Below are positions 24,601 to 35,803 of a stretch of DNA of 64,000 nt, one piece after another. The notes under the pieces were generated by a model. It did no database searches and had not been told where the DNA came from. It saw nothing but the letters and a program-made list of their open reading frames with translations. Both the position numbers and the translations under genes were made by a program. Every line of letters starts with the position of its first letter. The first letter of the stretch is position 1. This DNA is from Selaginella moellendorffii (Eukaryota; Plantae; Lycopodiophyta). The stretch spans positions 2,496,494 through 2,560,493 of the forward strand of contig NW_003314268.1 of assembly GCF_000143415.4 (NCBI RefSeq). The letters run 5' to 3'.

Positions 24601-27600
24601 TCTTTCTCTAGGATGGAAAATTTTCCACAAATTTTCTTACACTTTTCCAATGGCTGATCTATTGATCACTTTACTCGAAAACCATTCTATTTTCGTAAGT
24701 TAATATAAACTAGTGAAGGGGTTGGAGTTGACTTCGGTTGGTTTAGACTTTAGTAAGTAGTTTATATGATGCGGCCCAAAAGAGATGTTGACTTTTGGGG
24801 CTAAAAGCAATTGAGTTGGATAGAGTCTGGAGTTGGTGTAGAAAAGTGGCTGTTGCGCTTTTCTAGAAAGGTGATCTTTGTGCCTTTCTTCTATAGCGTT
24901 TTACTTAGTGGCAAATTACACCTTGCATTTCACTAAGACTCTATGAGAGTAGTGAGCTCTCACTGATCTTGACTTAGTCTTGATAACCCTGTGCCTTGGT
25001 TAAGGATGGTGATGTCCAACTTGTTTGAAGTTAAGATGTTAATACCCGTACTATAGCTTTGTTTATGAAGAGGTTATGTACCAATATAAGTCCATCTCAT
25101 GGTCTTCACTTTAGTTTCGGCTGAGTGTTGATCATGCATAACTAGCCTTTTCAAGGCATGTTTAAATCTATTGGCTAGATGTGTTGGTGAGCTTAATTGC
25201 AGTTGAATTGGATTCGGGTAGTCATTTAGTTCGTGCTTGTCCATAAACCTTTATCTCGTGTCTAAGGTATTACATTCATGTTAGACAAATATATGACTCA
25301 ATGGCATGAGTGTAGTGTTTGGGTCTTGTGAAAGCAAGTTGAAGGAGTGATTGTTAGTTGCTTAGCAACTAGTGATTACTTGTAAACTTTGTTGAGGACT
25401 ATTTTACACTTGCTTTGCTAAATGATAATTTAGCAATGATAGGCTTTTACTAGATGGTGTTACAGAGGATCGTGTCGTGGCTTGTATAGGTTTTCTATGT
25501 TGGCATGTCGATTCCTTTGTCGATATCATTTGGTTGCATTTAGTTTATAGTGTTGGATTTCATTGAGTCCTAGATGTGGTGATTCACTCCTTGATAAAGT
25601 GTTATCTGTAGTTAAGTATTGTTAAAGAACTAGTCTCGAATATTGACTAAGGTATCTTCAACTTTCGTTAGCTTGGTTGGTAGAGAGCTTTGAGTAGTGA
25701 TTCACTCTTACTTTCTTCCAGCTTTGTTATGGTGTTGATGGCATTGAAGTGATGCTCTATTATTGATATTTTTGATGTTGAGATGCAAATGAAATGAGAT
25801 GTCTCTCCTTATGATTGATATTGAATTTCATTAATCTCGATGAAGATAGTATTGATGATTTGGCTATGGCTTTGTGTTATTGGCATTCGTGGATTTGCTA
25901 GTTAACAACTATGTTAGCATTCAAATGAGCTAAGTGGTAAGTTTGAGTTATTTGCCTTTTAGATGAGATTATTTAATAGGGGTTGAGCTTTGGCTTTTCC
26001 TTAATAAATGATTCAGTTATGGACTATGCTAGCTTTACGAGATGAAAAGTTAGTGATCGATATTGAAATGTTTGAATCTTTGTTGGATTTGAGTTGGAAT
26101 ATATTAATTATTGATGATTCTTCTTGTGCTTCTTATGAAGTGAGTTACATCTTACTATAGATGGATTCATGGAGGATCGTTTAGTGATCATTTGTTGAGC
26201 ATAGTTCCATTGTGATTGGCTTTTGGATTGATGGAGATTTACTCTTCATTAGCTTTGTGATCATGAAGTATAGCTAGTGGATGTGTTAATGAGAATAAAT
26301 GGGGTGTACTATAATTTTTCTTTAGCATTGAAATATGTCATGTCAGACTTGTGATCATTGTTAGGCAAGACTTAATATATACTTCTTCGAGCATATGGTC
26401 TTTGAGTTTCATGCTTACTATTCTATTTGTTCGGAGTTGTTGGGGGAGACATTCGAGCTCATAATTTTGTTGTTGAAATTAGTATTTGCATCTAGCAATC
26501 ATTGGTGATGATTAACTATCATCTAGGTTAGTTGATTATCCTCATCAAAAAGTTTATTTTTATTGTTTTTATACAGAATGATTCGCTATTCTTCGGGATG
26601 GTGGAATCCTTCTTTGATGATGATTCTATATATCTCTTTTTGATGGGATGATTGATGATCTTTTATAATGGTTAATTGTTTTCTTTGATGGCTTATGGCT
26701 TTTCGTAATACTACATGTTCTTTGTGGTTTGCCTTGGATTGGTTTCTTGGGTTTGAAATATTGGTAGGATATTGCTGACACTTGCTTAAGCAACTCTAGT
26801 TCCTTTGTATTGTTGATTAAGATCAAGTCAGATTAGCTGATGTGATAGTTGGCATGAATGAGTGTTTATTGCTTTTGCCACATTTATTCTATTCTATTGA
26901 TTATTGCTTGAGTTAGTTCTGATAGATTGGGATGTTATTTCCTTCAGATGATACATTTGTGAGTATTTTGCTTGCCAATCAACGATATTTGGTGTTCTAT
27001 GAGTTACCTTTAGTAAGTTGTTGGGCATACTGTCTACAATTTTTAGTAATTAAGTTTTTTCATTGAGTTTTCTTGATGATACACTTGCTATTGAATTTTG
27101 TTAGATGGTGAATCTTATATTTCTAAAAAATGATGATTTTGGTGGTTCCTATCCTATAATACTAGCTTATCAGATGATAACTTACTTAGAATACTTTTAT
27201 GTTCTAATCTAAGATTTATTCATTGATAATTTCATCTCTAAGATATCATTGTCTTTGACTTTGATATTTTCCATTTAATAATCTTTGAGTTTGAGCCAGT
27301 ATAGGCAAATTGGCTTCAACACTTCATATGTATAATGAAATCTCTAGTCATGGGGTAGCTATTATCAACTGGTCACGTCACCCGCCTCTTTGTTAATGTT
27401 CCTTATTTTGTTAAAAGGGCGTGACCATGTAAACAACTTTAACTGCTTGTTTATAGTAGTCTATCTAAACTTTATCGATGGGTTTGGTTTCTTTGCTCAT
27501 GAGGGTTGGGGTCTCTAGCTTCTCTCTCTATGTCCTTGCAGGCAGGGGTGTATCACACTTTTGTAAGCTGGGTGACACCCAGAGTAGCAAGAGTGGCTAA

Positions 27601-28944
27601 CTCCATTGGTCATTTCTTTATCAGCGACGGCCGGAAGGTGTCTAAGTTAGTAGCGCATCCGTGTTAGAAAAAAAGGTTACACTAACTCATTTAAGTTGAT
27701 GCATTTGTCACATAGTGTGATTATTATGAACTTTTTCAAGAGTTGTTTCTTTGCTAGTGGTCTAGACTCGAGTATGCATCAATGAGGACGTCAATCCCTA
27801 AGGGGGGGAGAGTGTCACAAATATAACTTTAGATATCGAAAATTATATATCAGCTAGTCCTTTCGAATATTCTTTCCTTACTGCCACGATGGTAGAAGGT
27901 CAATATTCCTGAACCCATTATTAGTCTCCACCTAAGCTAGTTGAGAAATTGGTCTTCGCATGTGCACTTGACCAGATGAGCATAAGGACGGAATTCCTAA
28001 GTGCTATTAGTCAAGTATACTTGACTTGGTTAGAGAAACTCATTTGTTGACTTGCACTTACTAGTGTTGAGAACCCCCGTGATATTGAGCTTGGTCCCTC
28101 AATATTCACTAGATGATAGCTTATTGTGTCTGCCAAACACCCTCGCTATCATGCATTTTGTATTAGTACCATTTGGTCCCAAATGCTATTTATGGAAAGT
28201 GTCTAGATTTGCTCATTTGACATATTTACGGAATGTAGAGATTGTCTTGAACACAATGGTGTTCATCCCGTGTCTAAATTTGCAATCTAGGGACATTCCA
28301 TATTTAATAAGTTTCGAACTTGTCCTAGAGACTAACTCTTGGTACTAAGGGAGGCTTGGGGTGAAATCCCAAAGCATGTGTTCCTCAAGAGGGGGGCAGG
28401 GGTTGTGGGGGGTTCCAAATATATAGTAAGGATAGTGGGTAGGTTGGGTATGGCCGACCAACCTAAGATATAGTCTAGCTCCCATTTGTGTGCTTATCTT
28501 TGTTTTGCGTCCGACTTGGGTCTAAGCCCAAGTTCCATTCCATGTTAGTTGATGGAGTACCCATATCCTCACGTTAGGCCACCGGTATGCCAAAATAATG
28601 CCAAACTCCGTTTGGCTTTGTTTTGCATGCTGATCTTAGCATTGGGATATTGGATGCTCTAGGATTGTTCCAAGTTGTTTCATACTCCTGTCCTTTCACT
28701 CCTTGGGCTATATACTTGGAAGTCATTCCGTACTCCAATGCCATTGCTCCTTAGCTCCATGCTTGGGAGTTTAACACCATTCCTTTGTTTAGTGGCTTAA
28801 GGCCTTGAAACTCGGGTTTCGCACCATTGTCTTTTAGATATATGGCATATGATATGTGGCACATAGAGGGTTTAGGTTCTACTTCGTGGTGTTATCCTAT
28901 GGTAAATCAGCATAGGATAAAAGGTAAAAACCACATACATTACA
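21650..28944 (+). mobile_element. Complete nested non-autonomous LTR retroelement (LARD-like) with GGTAT TSD
   Basis: 5' LTR 21650-22847 (TG...CA, spans the gap), tRNA-Met PBS TGGTATCAGAG at 22850-22860, PPT AGGGGGGGAGAG at 27801-27812, 3' LTR 27813-28944. GGTAT at 21645-21649 and 28945-28949. No recognisable gag/pol in the ~5-kb interior. Confidence 0.88.
22225..22813. other. Assembly gap (589 N)
   Basis: Run of N. Confidence 1.
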
Positions 28945-31900
28945 GGTATGGATTTTGATTACCTTTTCATACTAGATTATGTAAGCTTGCTCTTGGGCTC
29001 ATCAAATAGATTGAGATGTTCTGTTTGCACAAGTTTGCACTTGGGCTTGTAAATGAGGCACGTTAGCAACTCAAGGTTACACTTTGAGTTGGCACGATTA
29101 TTGTTAACTTATTAATGGTTCCAAAAGTTGTTCCTTACACCATGGGTAAAAGTAAACCTCCTTTAGGTTTGCTAAGAGTGGCAAATAGGCTAATCCATAG
29201 CTATTTAGCATGCCATCCTTCCTAGGCTTGATTACAAGTGGATCAATCAAGACTATAGGAATTAATCTATTAGTTCAAGTAATCATTGCTATGCTCTTTC
29301 ATAAACTTTTCTTGGATTGAACTGAAGGCAGTGTGAACACAAGCCTAAGGTTTGGTTAAAGATGAGACCGAAAAACAAGTTATTAGAGACGAAGGATCAA
29401 ATATGTAAATCATCTTATTTTCTTGGACAGATGATTTGTAACGAGGTGTGTGTATACACATCATACAATCAAGAAGTCCCTGTTTTGATGCATGTTGGAA
29501 GTGATGGTTTTACAAATGATGAGTTATGAGATGGATAGCGGTGAAGCGTTAAACCATTTTATTTAAGCTTGCTATTGAAGGTTTAGGTTATAATACTCAA
29601 TTCTTTTCAGGGGAACCTTGTTATTACTCTTTGAGTAGCTCAGTATTAGATTAGTTTTGAGTTTGGTCCGAAAGAGAGTGGCATAAGATTATCCATGTTG
29701 TGAACAAAAATTAGTGGTGTTAAGTGTTGTAAATCTCTAATCAATAGAGTGTGGTATTTATGTTGCATTTGTCGAATTGAGTTGGCACTTGATATTCACA
29801 TAAACTTTTGAAGTAATAACATGGGCATTGTTTATGGTGTTGCTCAATTGATGATCAAGTCATTGTGATTTTATATCATATCTATGTGATAATGAGCAAT
29901 ATGTTACTTGACAAAAACCCTTGTGTGTTGATATTAGTCCCTCAATATCGCTGGATGATACCGTGTCAGCCAAACACCCTTTGTATGTGTTAATACCATT
30001 TGGTTCTAATTGCTATTTATGAAAAGTGTTTAGATTTGTTAATTTAGCATATTTATGGAATGTAGAAATTGTTTTAAACACAATGGTGTTTATCCCGTGT
30101 CCAAATTCACAATCTAATACCATTCCATATTTGGTAAGTTTCAAGTTAGCCCTAGAAACTAACTCTTAGCACTAAGGGTGGATAAGGGTGAAAGCCCAAA
30201 GCATGTGTTCCTCGGGGGTTCAAATGTATAGTAGGGATAATGGGTAGATTGGGCATGGTTGACCAACTTGAAGCTTAATTTAACTCTTGCTTGCATATTT
30301 ATTTTTGTTTTGTATTTGGCTTGGGTCTAATCTAAACTTAAGTTTCACACTATATTAGTTGGTGGAGTACCCATATCCTTGAGTTAAGTCACTGGTATGG
30401 TCAAATAGCACTAAACTCCGTTTAACTTTGTTTTGCATGTTAGTCCTAGCATTGGGATATTAGATGCTCTAAGACTGTTCCAAGTTGCTTCGTGTTTTTG
30501 TCCCTTCAATCCTTGTGTTGTATACTTGAGAGTTGCTTTGTGCTCTGGTTCTATCGCTAATTAGCTCCATATTTAGGAATTTGGCATTATTCTTTCATTC
30601 AGTGGCCTAAGGCCCTAAAACTTGGGTTCCACTCCACTGTTCTTTGGACACGTGGCATGTGGCATGTGGCATGTGACATGTGATATGTGGCACATGGAGG
30701 GTTTAGGTTCCACTTTATGTAAATCACCATAGGATAAAAGGTAAAAACCATATACACTCCACATTTTCACCTATAGCCAATCCCTTAGTATTATAAGTCA
30801 CATCCTATTATTGCCTTACTACTGCCCACCCACCCTCTCTCATTGTCATTACTATTTTGAATCTCAGCTTGCCCATCATTATGGCAATTGAATCCTTATC
30901 CCTAGCTTACAGCCCACACATCATCACTTGCTACTGGCAATCTAATTGTTATCCCTTCCCTATAGCCCACATCATCATCTGCTAGCAATCAACCAAGTGG
31001 CCATCCAAACCATACATGTCATGAAGCCATTCATGGCCCTATTGGCAAGCCATTCCATGGCCCCTACAAATATTCTAAAACCCTAGAATGGTTATATATT
31101 CTCTGAGCCAAATTGCAAGCTGCTATGGGCTTCAATTGTAAGTTGAACTTAGTTGACCTTGATTGTCTTTGGTTGTCCTCAATTAATGTAAGGTTGTCTT
31201 CAATTGTCTTATGTTGTCACTAGGTTGTCTTTTGTTTGGATCCTTTATTGTAAATTACTTTGGAAATTACACACCATACTTTGAACTGAATTACATCCAG
31301 CCTATTGAAGTTAACTACTCTAGCTATCTGAAAACTTGAAACTTTTGTGAGAAAAATAATGGAGTGGAGAGCTCTTACCTGGAAAGGGCAAGAGATCACA
31401 ATGGCCACAGTATTGCCCACCATCTTGGTCTGGGACACTAGCCGCTCTTGGTTTACTTATATCACAAGATTTATCAGTGTGTCAACCTTATTCACCATTA
31501 AACCATGAAGCATGGCCTATTTGTCTAGCAAATGCTCTATAAATCAGTGACAATGTTAATGTGAAACACCACCACCTCCTGCTGTTTTAGATTGAGAAAT
31601 TTAATTAATTTGGCTACTTTTCTAGCAATCAGAAATTAATCAAAGTGTATAAGTGGTTGGTGAGTAATAATTTGCTGTGTTATGCAGCAATTCTTGGATG
31701 TGAGAAAAAATATATATATTTATTAATTTTTAAAATTATTTGGACTTGATAATTACTAAATAATTTGAAATTTAAAAGTAACAGAACGTATGTACGGACA
31801 CATCTCGATTGATTTCATCTGGTTTGCTTTGTGGAAATGGGAAGGTATGGATGGAAACTCGTGATCCAGAGACTAGATCTGGGGTAGATTGATGGAACTT

Positions 31901-32842
31901 GGGTAGAAGTGGCAGCAGAGAGATCGTGAACTGCCCTAGGATGTTGAGGGGGAGGGCAGGATCTCTTGTACTCGGGGACCCGTTCTAAGGGACAGATTTC
32001 CGAGGAGATTTGTTCTACACCTCTATCACAACGGGGAAGGACGAAGACAACGGCGGCACCAAGACAGAGGACTATTCTGGATGTTCACATACTTCCAAAG
32101 TTTTGAGGAGAATTGGATGAAGATCCATGTGGAGAGTGTGAAGTCGTTCTTGGCTGCCATGGCAATCCCAGAGGACTCTCTTATTTCCGTTTGTCACTCT
32201 GGACAAGCTCTCTCATGGCCACTCAGCATCACTCCACAACAGGCTGCGTATTTTGAGTCCCTGACCAAGCCTTTCCTTACTCATCATAGAGTATATGGCG
32301 GAGCTTGATCTCCTCCGCCAACAACCTCAAGAGTCTCTTCAGCAGTTTCATCACCGTTCCCACACATATATTCAGAAGTGTAAAGACAAAGTGGTAGACG
32401 CGACAAATTTGAGAGTACATCCAGACTTGGCATGGAAGGTGCGGAGAAAAGATGGTTGAAGGAGCGATTTTGGAGGCAGAGACTCAGGAACATAAGCACC
32501 TAGTCGAGATGGGATCTGCTTCAAATGCCTCGGCCTTCACAGTCGACTTCGTCATAGCACTGGCCAACAAGGTATTTAGGCACTTGATTTTGTTTCATTA
32601 GAGTTGGAAAGTCTCTTCTTTTGTCTTTTCTTTTCTTTACAAAGGACTTTTGTAGTCAAGTCTCCTCAGCCAATAAAAAAAAGTACAACAATGAACTTTG
32701 CACCACATTTGCAATTTCTTGGACTGAGTGAAGCATAGCACAAGCCTGGGCTACACACACAGCTAAAACCCTTGTGGCACTGTAAAGTCCACATGCTAAT
32801 TAACCTTAATAAAATCATTGAATAATCAATTGATTAATCTTG

Positions 32843-32958
32843 AAATCATGAATTTATCAATCAACATAGCATGAATTGATCAATTAAATCATGAACTGAT
32901 CAATCAAATCATGAACTGATCAATCAACTCATGAATTGATCAATAAACTCATGATTTG
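32843..32958 (+). repeat. Minisatellite, ~20-bp unit AAATCATGAACTGATCAATC, about 5-6 copies
   Basis: Directly visible tandem copies. Confidence 0.85.
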
Positions 32959-33206
32959 CTCATTTATAATTCAATTAATCTGTGATTGATTCAAATAAAA
33001 CAGTCAATAATAAAGCACACTTTGTCCACTGTATGGAAGGCCATATATTAACTGATACACCTGTTTATAAAGGTCATGGAAACACACTGTATCCTAATTT
33101 AAGTGTTTGTGTTGGAGAAGTTTGGGGGTGTGTTGGTCATAAGGAACTGTTAAGTCTTTGATTATATACAATGTAAAATATCATTTAGCTTGGATGATTA
33201 ATTCTT

Positions 33207-34597
33207 TTAGAGCCTTGATCGCATAGCAGGAAACGTTAATATGATCCTCTTTTTGACTGCACTGTCATCTTTAAAGTCGTGCTGCAGATCAAAAACGTCT
33301 TCTACGATCATGCTTGCAACGTCCTCAAGCTTCTTCACAGTCCGTTCTTCTAGGTGGTGTTGCTTGACTTCTTCTATTTGTTCTTGGGCCATTAATCCTT
33401 TGGTTTGTTCCATCGAACCACCAGAAACCTCGCAGAGAAACTTTGATACAGCTCGTTTGTAATCTTCGGTGTGGTGTCGCAAATGTGCTGTGGCGGACAA
33501 CAAAAGCGAGTGAGCTTGATCCAGAGTGAAAGGAAACTAAAAACTCACCAACGTGATCAGACTCTTCCCAGTGAACTAAAGTCACCTTCTTGAAAGTTTG
33601 GCCTTGCACTTCCGAGACAAATTTTTCGATAACGTCGAATGGAGCTAAATCGTCATTTCTTGAGCACAAGAACAAAGCCGGTGCCATTTCCTGCATGGAC
33701 GACAATGAGATATACTTGCATGGGCTACGAAAGTTCTACAATACCACGGCGGCGTAGAACGAGTCATTTAGCTCGACTCCCTGTTGCTCGAAATTGGAGC
33801 TAAACATAGACTCGAGAGCTCGGCCGCTCTTCTCCAGGCCAAACTTCACCGCGAAGTTGTTCCCCACACTGGTCCCAAGCATTCGCCTGGCGAAGCGAAT
33901 CCCAGTCTCACTCACAAAGTTGATAGGAGTGGAATCGAATATGTAGCCTGCTGTGCAATCTCTCACAATCTTGTACTTTTCCTGAAGAAAAGAATTGAAA
34001 TAAAACCGCCTTTAGCTGGGAAGAACTTTCAGCATACCATATCGCCCGTGAAACCTTGTGGACGTTTTCCTTGTAGAATCTGAGTGACCCGAAGACGATG
34101 ATCGCAAAGGAATAAATGTAATGGAAAGGACACACCTGGATGATCATATATGTGCAAGCTTTCATGCCTCCAGAAAACGAAGTAAAAGTTACTGGCCTGG
34201 GCCTTTTGCTAAGCTCCTGCATATAAGAAAATGGTCTCAAGTTCATCCCTGGAGAAGGAGAATACCTCTACAAGCTCGTCCAAAATCTTCACAGCAATTG
34301 CAAGAGCTCGGGTGGGAAACCATCTACCAAAATGACGCAAAATCATGTCTGGCGACGAAAGAAAGGGATAAACAAAGCGAGAGCTTACAGATTGAGGAAA
34401 TGCGCTTGACAAACGAGGCATTCCCAGCCAATTTCGTTGAAGAGATGGACGTAGGGCATATGATACCTCTTGTTGCTAAACATCCACGCCATCATCACTA
34501 CCAATCCGCTGGAATCGCCGGCGCCGCGGCTCTTCTTGTCCCGGATCCAGTACCAGGAGCCCTGCCCGATCGATCCGCCCTGGCGGCATCGTCCCAT
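33207..34597 (-). CDS. DUF829 / TMEM53-like alpha/beta-hydrolase-fold protein, multi-exon
   Basis: Family-type motifs VVMMAWM, FTSFSGG, GYIFDSTP, LFLCSRNDDLAP, WEESDHV|AHLRHH..DY across short introns. Confidence 0.8.
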
Positions 34598-34780
34598 TTC
34601 TCTCAAGCGAAGAAACAGTGACCAAGGAAAAGAAAAAATAGACCTAATTTTGATTGGCTTTGGAATTTTCAAATTTAGACGGCTAAGATTTGCCGATAGA
34701 TTACGTCGGGAACTAGAACTTCCGGCGCGGAATGGCCAGCCAGCAACAGATCAAACAGTAAGCAATCGCATAAACCCTAG

Positions 34781-35011
34781 CTATCGGAGGCCGCGGCGGA
34801 TGGACAATGTGGAATTGACGAGCGCGGCGGGAGGAGCGGCGGGGGGCGGCGCTGGAACGCATTTGCCGGAGAGAGAGTATCCATCGACGCAGGTGTGCTT
34901 GACGTGATCCGCCCAGTGCCTCGCCCAATGGACGCCCATCACCGCCACCACCACGATCACGAGGATGAGAAGGCAATAGATGAGCTTGCACGCCTTGCCC
35001 ACGAAACACAT
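34781..35011 (-). CDS. Small single-pass membrane protein with Pro/Ala-rich tail (MCFVGKA-type)
   Basis: 76-aa GC-rich ORF: MCFVGKACKLIY, hydrophobic helix, Cys pair and PAPPPAAPP. The N-terminus resembles plant MCYVGKATK small TM proteins (from memory). Confidence 0.65.
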   Translation of the reverse strand: MCFVGKACKLIYCLLILVIVVVAVMGVHWARHWADHVKHTCVDGYSLSGKCVPAPPPAAPPAALVNSTLSIRRGLR

Positions 35012-35219
35012 CGCTGGATCCGGATGCCTGTGCTAGCAGAGAAAACCCTCTCGATCGATCGATCCCAAAGCCCTCTTTCCGGATTCTCGCAGACCTAAAA
35101 GCCAAATACTTTTATGAGAATTCCAACGGTCACATGACTCGCGCGAAGAACATTTCCGGGCATATTCTTCTAGGTTTGGCTAGAAAATATTCTTAGGTAT
35201 ATACTGCGCAGCGTGACCT

Positions 35220-35266
35220 ATCCCACTAGCCGGGGCGTGGAATTGTGCCAGTGGTGGTGTATAAAA
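35220..35266 (+). promoter_or_regulatory. snRNA promoter: USE-like ATCCCACTAGC (35220-35230) and TATAAAA (35260-35266)
   Basis: Resembles the plant USE RTCCCACATCG. TATA lies ~30 nt upstream of the U4 start, with Pol II-type spacing. Confidence 0.7.
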
Positions 35267-35292
35267 TCCCGCGCGGGCCCAATAATAATTTT

Positions 35293-35441
35293 ATCTTTGC
35301 GCTTGGGGCAATGACGCAGTTCATGAGGTTTTACCGAGACGCGTCAATTGCTGGTTGAAAACTATTTCCAAACCCCCTCTTCGTGTCTCCTTCGGGAGGC
35401 CGTCGAGAATTTCTGGAAGGCCCGCCCTAGGCTCGGGCCTA
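35293..35441 (+). ncRNA. U4: U4 spliceosomal snRNA
   Basis: ATCTTTGCGCTTGGGGCAATGACGCAG...GAGG...ATTGCTGGTTGAAAACTATTTCCAAACCCCCTC matches plant U4. Sm site AATTTCTGG at 35408-35416, terminal stem GGCCCG...CGGGCC, and a 3'-box-like CA..AGTTGAA downstream. Confidence 0.96.
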
Positions 35442-35511
35442 CAAATTTTAAATCTAAGTTGAAATCTTCGTCCTAGGCAGGAACTTGAAAGGAATAACTA
35501 CTTTTCAACTT

Positions 35512-35689
35512 TGATTTAAAATTCTTTCGACTAATAGATCATTCTAATAACAAGCCAAGGTTTTTGTTCTTATATTAATTACACTCCTACGTCGATGTTA
35601 AAGTTAACTATTGATTTAAAATCTAATAGATCATTCTAATAACAAGCCAAGGTTTTTGTTCTTATATCAATTACACTCCCACGTCGATG
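35512..35689 (+). repeat. Tandem ~70-90 bp direct duplication
   Basis: CTAATAGATCATTCTAATAACAAGCCAAGGTTTTTGTTCTTATA..AATTACACTCC.ACGTCGATG at 35531-35597 and 35622-35689. Confidence 0.9.
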
Positions 35690-35803
35690 ATCGTAATCTA
35701 ACGCTAGCGAACGAGATATTCAAACAAAAAATATCAAGGACAAAATCGATGTCAACTTAACGCCATTAAACAAAGGGAGGGTGATACTTCATACTTCTTG
35801 TAA

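Larger units (their letters stand above)
20406..30761 (+). mobile_element. Outer non-coding LTR element (LARD-like), internally deleted
   Basis: 5' LTR 20406-21508 ending CTACA, then PBS TGGTATCAAAGC at 21511-21522. The internal region resumes at 28950 after the nested insert. Partial 3' LTR ~29905-30761. Degenerate TSD TATTC/CATTT. Confidence 0.75.
10429..31280. mobile_element. Large decayed TIR DNA transposon (probably PIF/Harbinger) carrying nested retroelements
   Basis: 10430-10468 and the reverse complement of 31241-31279 match ungapped at 32/39 nt. GACAAC subterminal repeats occur at both ends in inverted orientation. TTG flanks both ends (10426-10428 and 31281-31283). Only weak DDE_Tnp_4-like remnants on the minus strand at ~12700-13500. 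Confidence 0.65.

Noticed and set aside
20704-28348. Three similar 74-98 aa ORFs (20704, 21943, 28052)
   Set aside because: They lie within copies of the same LTR, so the similarity reflects the repeat and not a gene family.
10429-31280. Hammerhead ribozyme / retrozyme in the non-coding LTR elements
   Set aside because: I found no CTGANGA...GAAA core with flanking stems by eye; a covariance-model scan would be needed to exclude it fully.
32843-32958. CRISPR-like array
   Set aside because: Head-to-tail repeats without unique spacers, in a eukaryotic context with no cas genes.
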